Shown piece by piece: positions 27,531 to 32,000 of a DNA stretch of 32,000 bases. The translations under genes and the position numbers were made by a program. The stretch comes from Wigglesworthia glossinidia endosymbiont of Glossina morsitans morsitans (Yale colony) (GTDB lineage: Bacteria > Pseudomonadota > Gammaproteobacteria > Enterobacterales > Enterobacteriaceae), in the NCBI RefSeq assembly GCF_000247565.1, contig NC_016893.1, positions 60,001 to 92,000 on the forward strand, in the 5' to 3' direction. The notes beneath the pieces were generated by a model. It had not been told where the DNA came from and searched no databases. It saw only the letters and a list, made by a program, of their open reading frames with translations. Positions within the stretch are counted from its first letter, which is position 1, and every line of letters begins with the position of its first letter.

Positions 27531-27793
27531 AAATTTATAACGCTATTTTATATATATCAATTATTTTTAATTTTTTATTAACTTATAATATTTTTCTTAT
27601 ATATTATATAATAAAATTAAATTATTTAAAATTTAAAATGTGCTAGTTTTCGTTACCATATTAAATGAATTTTTCCATTCTATTTTAGAATAATTAAATA
27701 TTTAATATTCAAATAACATTTATACTAGTTACAATTCAGATTGTACTATACTTAAGTAAGTGTAATTTATATTGTAAATTCATTGGAGAAAAT

Positions 27794-29707
27794 ATGCCAG
27801 TTATAACTTATTTGAATAATAAAAAGTTATTTTATGAAGGTTCTTTATCAATTTTAAAAATTGTTGAAAAATTGGATTCTGATTTATCAGAAAAATGCAT
27901 TTCTGCAAAAATTAATGGAAAATTAATGGATGTATCAGATATGATAGATTATGATGCATATCTAGAAATTATTACTCCACAAGATAAAGACGGAATTAAC
28001 ATTATTCGACATTCTTGTGCACATCTTTTAGGACATGCAATTAAACAATTGTGGCCTGAAGCTAAAATGGCAATTGGACCCACTATTAAAAATGGTTTTT
28101 ATTATGATATTGACTTAAACCATCAATTATCTTTGAATGATTTGCAAACAATAGAAAATAGGATGCATATACTAACTAAAAAAAATTATTCAATTAAAAA
28201 AAAATATGTTTCTTGGCAAGAAGCATATAATATTTTTTTAGATCGCAAAGAAATATATAAAATAAAAATTTTAAAAGAGAATATTTCAAAAAATTCATAT
28301 TTATCACTTTATTATCACGAAGAATATATTGATATGTGTCTTGGACCACATGTTCCTAAAATAGGTTTTTGTAGTTTTTTTAAATTGCAAAAAATTTCTG
28401 GAGCTTATTGGAGAGGAAAAAATGAAAATAAAATGTTGCAAAGAATATATGGAACTGCATGGAATTCCAAAGATACATTAATTAAATTCCTTGTAAATTT
28501 AGAAGAATGCAAAAAAAGAGATCATAGAATTATTGGAAAAAAATTAGATTTATTTCACATTCAAAATAATATGCCAGGAATGGTATTCTGGCATGAAAAT
28601 GGATTAATAATTTTTCATATTTTAAAAAAATTTATACGAATGCAGCTACGTAAATATAATTATCAGGAAGTCAAGACGCCACTGCTTATGAATTACAATT
28701 TATGGGAATCTAGTGGACACTTGGCAAATTACGGAAGTAGCATGTTTTATACTCAGTCAGAAAATCAAAAATACTGTATTAAGCCAATGAATTGTCCAGC
28801 ACATTTATTAATTTTTAAAAAAACTTTGAAATCTTATCGAGATCTTCCTATACGTATATCAGAATTTGGTATTTGTCATAGAAATGAACCATCTGGAGCA
28901 TTACATGGACTAATGCGTATCCGAAATTTTACGCAAGATGATGCACATATATTTTGCACATATGATCAAATTCATACAGAAATAAGTAATTGTATTAATA
29001 TGGTATACGATGTATATAGTTGTTTTAGATTTAAAAAAATACTCGTTCGATTGTCTACGCGTCCTGAAAAACGTATTGGCAATGATGAAATTTGGGATTT
29101 TGCAGAACAACAGTTAGAATCTGTATTAAAAAGTAAAAATATTTCTTTTGTCCATGAACCATATGAAGGCGCTTTTTACGGTCCAAAAATTGAATTTACC
29201 TTACTAGATTCATTATTTCGTAAATGGCAGTGTGGGACAATTCAATTAGATTTTTTTTCTCCAAAAAAATTAAAAGCATATTATGTAGATCGTGAGAATA
29301 AACGTATAAATCCTGTAATGATTCATCGCGCCATTTTAGGATCTATAGAACGTTTTATTGGAATTATTACAGAAGAATATTCCGGAAAATACCCATTATG
29401 GATAGCTCCAGTGCAGGTCGTTGTTGTTAATATCACAAATTCAGAAGTTGAATATGCAAAAAATGTATATAATTTCTTTTTTAAAAGAAAAATTCGAGTA
29501 AAATTAGATTTGAGAAATGAAAAAATAGGATTTAAAATTAGAGAATATACTTTACGTTGTATCCCATATATATTAATCTGTGGAAAACAAGAATTAGATT
29601 CTAAAACAGTATCAGTACGTACACAAAAAGGAAAAAAATTCGAAAAAATTAATATAGAAGAATTTTACTATAAATTATCTCAAGAAATTTTATTAAAAAA
29701 ATGTTAA
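27794..29707 (+). CDS. thrS: Threonine--tRNA ligase
   Basis: 637 aa, with the TGS domain, second additional (editing) domain, class II core and anticodon-binding domain all collinear with E. coli ThrRS. Matching blocks include '[17 protein letters not shown]', 'RDHR.IGK.LDLFH', 'KPMNCP.H..IF', '[29 protein letters not shown]' and '[10 protein letters not shown]'. GGAG lies 6 nt before the ATG. Confidence 0.97.
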   Translation: MPVITYLNNKKLFYEGSLSILKIVEKLDSDLSEKCISAKINGKLMDVSDMIDYDAYLEIITPQDKDGINIIRHSCAHLLGHAIKQLWPEAKMAIGPTIKNGFYYDIDLNHQLSLNDLQTIENRMHILTKKNYSIKKKYVSWQEAYNIFLDRKEIYKIKILKENISKNSYLSLYYHEEYIDMCLGPHVPKIGFCSFFKLQKISGAYWRGKNENKMLQRIYGTAWNSKDTLIKFLVNLEECKKRDHRIIGKKLDLFHIQNNMPGMVFWHENGLIIFHILKKFIRMQLRKYNYQEVKTPLLMNYNLWESSGHLANYGSSMFYTQSENQKYCIKPMNCPAHLLIFKKTLKSYRDLPIRISEFGICHRNEPSGALHGLMRIRNFTQDDAHIFCTYDQIHTEISNCINMVYDVYSCFRFKKILVRLSTRPEKRIGNDEIWDFAEQQLESVLKSKNISFVHEPYEGAFYGPKIEFTLLDSLFRKWQCGTIQLDFFSPKKLKAYYVDRENKRINPVMIHRAILGSIERFIGIITEEYSGKYPLWIAPVQVVVVNITNSEVEYAKNVYNFFFKRKIRVKLDLRNEKIGFKIREYTLRCIPYILICGKQELDSKTVSVRTQKGKKFEKINIEEFYYKLSQEILLKKC

Positions 29708-29723
29708 TTTGGAGGAGTACAAA

Positions 29724-30272
29724 ATTAAAACTGGTAAAAAATATTCAGCTATACGATTAAATCGTATTAACGAAGAAATTCATGCAAAGTTAGTAAGGAT
29801 TATTGGAAATAATAGTGCTAAATTAGGAGTTTTAACACTCTATGAAGCTTTAAACGTAGCTAAAGAATCCGGGATGGATTTAGTCGAAATTAGTCCAAAT
29901 GCAAATCCTCCAGTATGTCGAATTATGAACTACGGAAAATTTTTATACGAAAAAAATAAATCTCATAAAGAGCAAAAGAAAAAACAAAAAACTATTAATA
30001 TCAAAGAAATAAAGTTTAGACCCAATACTGATATAGGAGACTATCAAGTTAAACTACGTAAGTTAACATCTTTTTTAAACAATGGAGATAAAGTTAAAAT
30101 TACTTTACGATTTCGCGGAAGAGAAATTATACATCAAGAAATCGGAATTAATATGCTTAATCGAATTTGTCAAGATTTAAAAGAATTAGCAATCATTGAA
30201 TCATTTCCAAAAAAAATCGAAGGTAGACAGATGGTATTAATATTAATTCCAAAAAAAATTAAACGTTCTTAA
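29724..30272 (+). CDS. infC: Translation initiation factor IF-3, with a non-canonical ATT start
   Basis: 'VRIIG.....GV......[39 protein letters not shown]....[17 protein letters not shown]' is near-identical to E. coli IF3. The N-terminus [16 protein letters not shown] aligns without gaps to E. coli (I)KGGKRVQTARPNRIN when translation starts at ATT 29724. GGAGGAG (29711-29717) lies 6 nt upstream. The ORF-track TTG at 29709 overlaps that SD. Confidence 0.93.
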   Translation: MKTGKKYSAIRLNRINEEIHAKLVRIIGNNSAKLGVLTLYEALNVAKESGMDLVEISPNANPPVCRIMNYGKFLYEKNKSHKEQKKKQKTINIKEIKFRPNTDIGDYQVKLRKLTSFLNNGDKVKITLRFRGREIIHQEIGINMLNRICQDLKELAIIESFPKKIEGRQMVLILIPKKIKRS

Positions 30273-30327
30273 AAAATACAACATTGATGCTGGCATCGTT
30301 TAATTTTATTTAAAATAGGAATATATT

Positions 30328-30525
30328 GTGTTAAAAATCAAAACTATACGTAGCGTTGCAAAACGTTTTAAAAAAACTAACTCTAATAGACTAAAATATA
30401 AAAAATCAAATTTACGTCATATTTTAACAAAAAAGTCTTCTCAACGTAAAAGAAATTTACGCATTACCTCTTTTACAAATATAGGAGAAAAAAAAATAAT
30501 TTTTCGTTGTTTACCATACAAATAA
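30328..30525 (+). CDS. rpmI: 50S ribosomal protein L35
   Basis: 65 aa, with a GTG start. '.KIKT.R..AKRFKKT.......K..NLRHILTKK...RKR.LR' and the C-terminal 'CLPY' match E. coli L35. Confidence 0.95.
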   Translation: MLKIKTIRSVAKRFKKTNSNRLKYKKSNLRHILTKKSSQRKRNLRITSFTNIGEKKIIFRCLPYK

Positions 30526-30569
30526 ACTTAATATATAATTTTTAATTATACGCAAACTTAGGAGTTACA

Positions 30570-30923
30570 ATGACTCGCGTAAAACGTGGAGTAACAGCTC
30601 ATGCTCGTCATAAAAAAATACTAAAAAAATCAAAAGGATATTACGGAGCACGGTCAAGATCTTACCGAAGTGCATTTCAAGCATTTATTAAATCAGGACA
30701 ATACGCTTATCGTGATCGTAAAAATAAAAAACGAACACTACGTCGATTATGGATTTGTAGAATTAACGCATGTGCTAGAAAACATGGAATATCATATAGC
30801 TTATTTATGCATAAGATTAAGCAGCTATCTATCTATCTCGATAGAAAAATGCTATCCGAAATTGCTATATACGACGAAAAAGCATTTACAAACTTATACG
30901 AAAAAATTAAAAATTTATCTTAA
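30570..30923 (+). CDS. rplT: 50S ribosomal protein L20
   Basis: 117 aa. '[37 protein letters not shown]...KR..R.LWI.RINA.AR..G.SYS' matches. GGAG lies 7 nt before the ATG. Confidence 0.97.
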   Translation: MTRVKRGVTAHARHKKILKKSKGYYGARSRSYRSAFQAFIKSGQYAYRDRKNKKRTLRRLWICRINACARKHGISYSLFMHKIKQLSIYLDRKMLSEIAIYDEKAFTNLYEKIKNLS

Positions 30924-31060
30924 ATATTTACAAAATAAACATTTATTAAATAATTAACTATTAAACATTTAGAAATATTATATTTTAAAAAATTTTCTTA
31001 TTTTTATTGGATAATTGCATATAATACATATAAACTTTATTAATATAAAAGCATATAAAT

Positions 31061-32000
31061 ATGTCTTATCATGTAAATATTTTGAATATAACATTTTTAA
31101 TTAATACAGCTCAAAATAAAATAAAAAAATGTAATAATATTAAAAAATTAGAACTAATTAAAACATATTGGATTGGGAAATCTGGATTTTTTTCAAAAAA
31201 AAATATTATACTGAATAAATTAATACCATATTCAAATATTATTAAAAATAATATAATTAAATATGCTAGTCTAAAAATTAAAAATATTTATTTAGAGAAA
31301 AAAGAAAAATTAGAAAATAAAAAAATTAGATCAAAAATATCAAAAGATAAAATAGATGTTTCTTTACCGGGGAAAAAATCAGAATTAGGAACTTTACATC
31401 CAATTTCAAAAATAATTTTATATGCAGAAAATTTTTTTCAATCCTTAGGGTTTTCTATCATTTTGGGAAATGAAATAGAAAGTAGTTTTTATAATTTTGA
31501 TGCTTTAAATGTTCCAAAAAATCATCCTTCTCGCACTAAAAAAGATACTTTTTGGATCGACAAAAACTGTTTATTACGCACCCAAACTTCTAGCGTGCAA
31601 ATTCGTGTGATGCAATCTCAAAATCCACCATTAAAAATTATATCTTCTGGACGTGTTTATAGAAATGATCATGATAAAACACATACTCCAATGTTTCATC
31701 AAATGGAAGGATTAATTATTGACTACGACGTAAATTTATCAAATTTAAAATCAATATTATACAATTTTTGTTATTATTTACTTGGTGAAAATATTAAAAT
31801 ACGCTTTCGTCCTACATATTTTCCTTTTACACAACCTTCTGCTGAAATAGACATTATGAACCAATATGGTAAATGGATAGAAATATTAGGATGCGGTTTA
31901 GTGCATCCTAATGTATTAAATAACATCAATATAAATTCTAATAAGTATTCCGGTTTAGCATTTGGCATTGGGATTGAAAGATTAGCAATGCTATATTATA
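31061..32000 (+). CDS. pheS: Phenylalanine--tRNA ligase alpha subunit. The N-terminal ~313 codons lie here and the 3' end is beyond the window.
   Basis: Hand translation from the ATG at 31061 stays open to the window end. It contains 'LHPISK', 'FDALNVPKNHPSR...DTFW', 'LLRTQTSSVQIR.M', 'GRVYRND.D.THTPMFHQMEGL', 'RFRP.YFPFT.PSAE.D', 'W.EILGCG.VHPNVL' and 'GLAFG.G.ERLAML', which cover class II motifs 1-3. It is absent from the ORF track because no stop lies in the window. Confidence 0.95.
   Translation, partial: MSYHVNILNITFLINTAQNKIKKCNNIKKLELIKTYWIGKSGFFSKKNIILNKLIPYSNIIKNNIIKYASLKIKNIYLEKKEKLENKKIRSKISKDKIDVSLPGKKSELGTLHPISKIILYAENFFQSLGFSIILGNEIESSFYNFDALNVPKNHPSRTKKDTFWIDKNCLLRTQTSSVQIRVMQSQNPPLKIISSGRVYRNDHDKTHTPMFHQMEGLIIDYDVNLSNLKSILYNFCYYLLGENIKIRFRPTYFPFTQPSAEIDIMNQYGKWIEILGCGLVHPNVLNNININSNKYSGLAFGIGIERLAMLYY

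Noticed and set aside
27725-27790. Two small hairpins in the thrS leader (TACAAT-tcag-ATTGTA at 27730-27745, and AATTTA-tattg-TAAATT just before the SD) as possible mimics of the E. coli thrS operator (tRNA-Thr anticodon-arm mimic)
   Set aside because: The stems are short and almost purely A-T. The loops do not present a centred Thr anticodon (NGU) in a 7-nt anticodon-loop context. Such hairpins are expected by chance at this base composition. This could be revisited with comparative alignment.
28910-29110. 66-aa minus-strand ORF inside thrS
   Set aside because: It is antisense to the class II catalytic core of thrS. It is a shadow ORF.
30670-30957. 95-aa plus-strand ORF overlapping rplT in another frame
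   Set aside because: It is an alternative frame of the strongly conserved L20 gene. The product has no similarity to anything I recognise, and no SD precedes it.
31774-31968. 64-aa minus-strand ORF near the window end
   Set aside because: It is antisense to pheS motif 2/3 coding sequence, which I translated by hand through this region. It is a shadow ORF.
1-32000. Looked for CRISPR repeats, IS or transposase ends, integrases, toxin-antitoxin pairs, defence islands, tRNA or rRNA genes and DnaA boxes (TTATCCACA)
   Set aside because: I saw no spaced direct repeats, terminal inverted repeats or GC-rich structured RNA islands by eye. The nearest DnaA-box-like string (ttatccccc at about 25064) is a poor match. 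All sizeable ORFs are accounted for by conserved housekeeping or flagellar genes. A computational repeat, tRNAscan or Rfam scan would be needed to be definitive.

Overview
The window is very AT-rich (by eye; not computed), gene-dense and Lys/Asn/Ile-biased. Its gene order is a rearranged and deleted copy of the E. coli map. This is the signature of a reduced genome from an obligate gammaproteobacterial (Enterobacterales-derived) insect endosymbiont. fliC, fliD and fliS sit alongside the fliE/fliFGHIJKL export and basal-body genes, which fits a Wigglesworthia-like tsetse symbiont better than Buchnera or Blochmannia. That organism call comes from recalled gene content, not a search.

Gene content, left to right:
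- Flagellar block: fliL' (partial), fliK, fliJ, fliI, fliH, fliG and fliF on the minus strand; fliE on plus; fliS and fliD on minus; fliC on plus.
- trhO (yceA), opgH (mdoH), gloB, rnhA, dnaQ, rsmD, ftsY, rpoH, hemL, erpA.
- mltC, yggX, mutY, rdgB, proC, yggS.
- The conserved thrS-infC-rpmI-rplT-pheS' operon.

I found no tRNA, rRNA, CRISPR array, IS or phage element, and no multi-gene system of unknown function. Every credible ORF has a clear housekeeping or flagellar ortholog.

Most interesting observations:
1. fliJ is broken by a 13-A homopolymer. Adding one A restores a 147-aa FliJ with a recognisable C-terminus. This is either a transcriptional-slippage rescue candidate or a sequencing error.
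2. Two near-consensus, divergently oriented sigma-28 (FliA) promoters lie between fliD and fliC.
3. opgH is present without its partner opgG at the expected position.
4. Deletion scars sit exactly where E. coli carries ftsEX, yafS, clcA and hemW-to-trmB.
5. infC keeps its atypical ATT start, while the pheM attenuator leader is gone.
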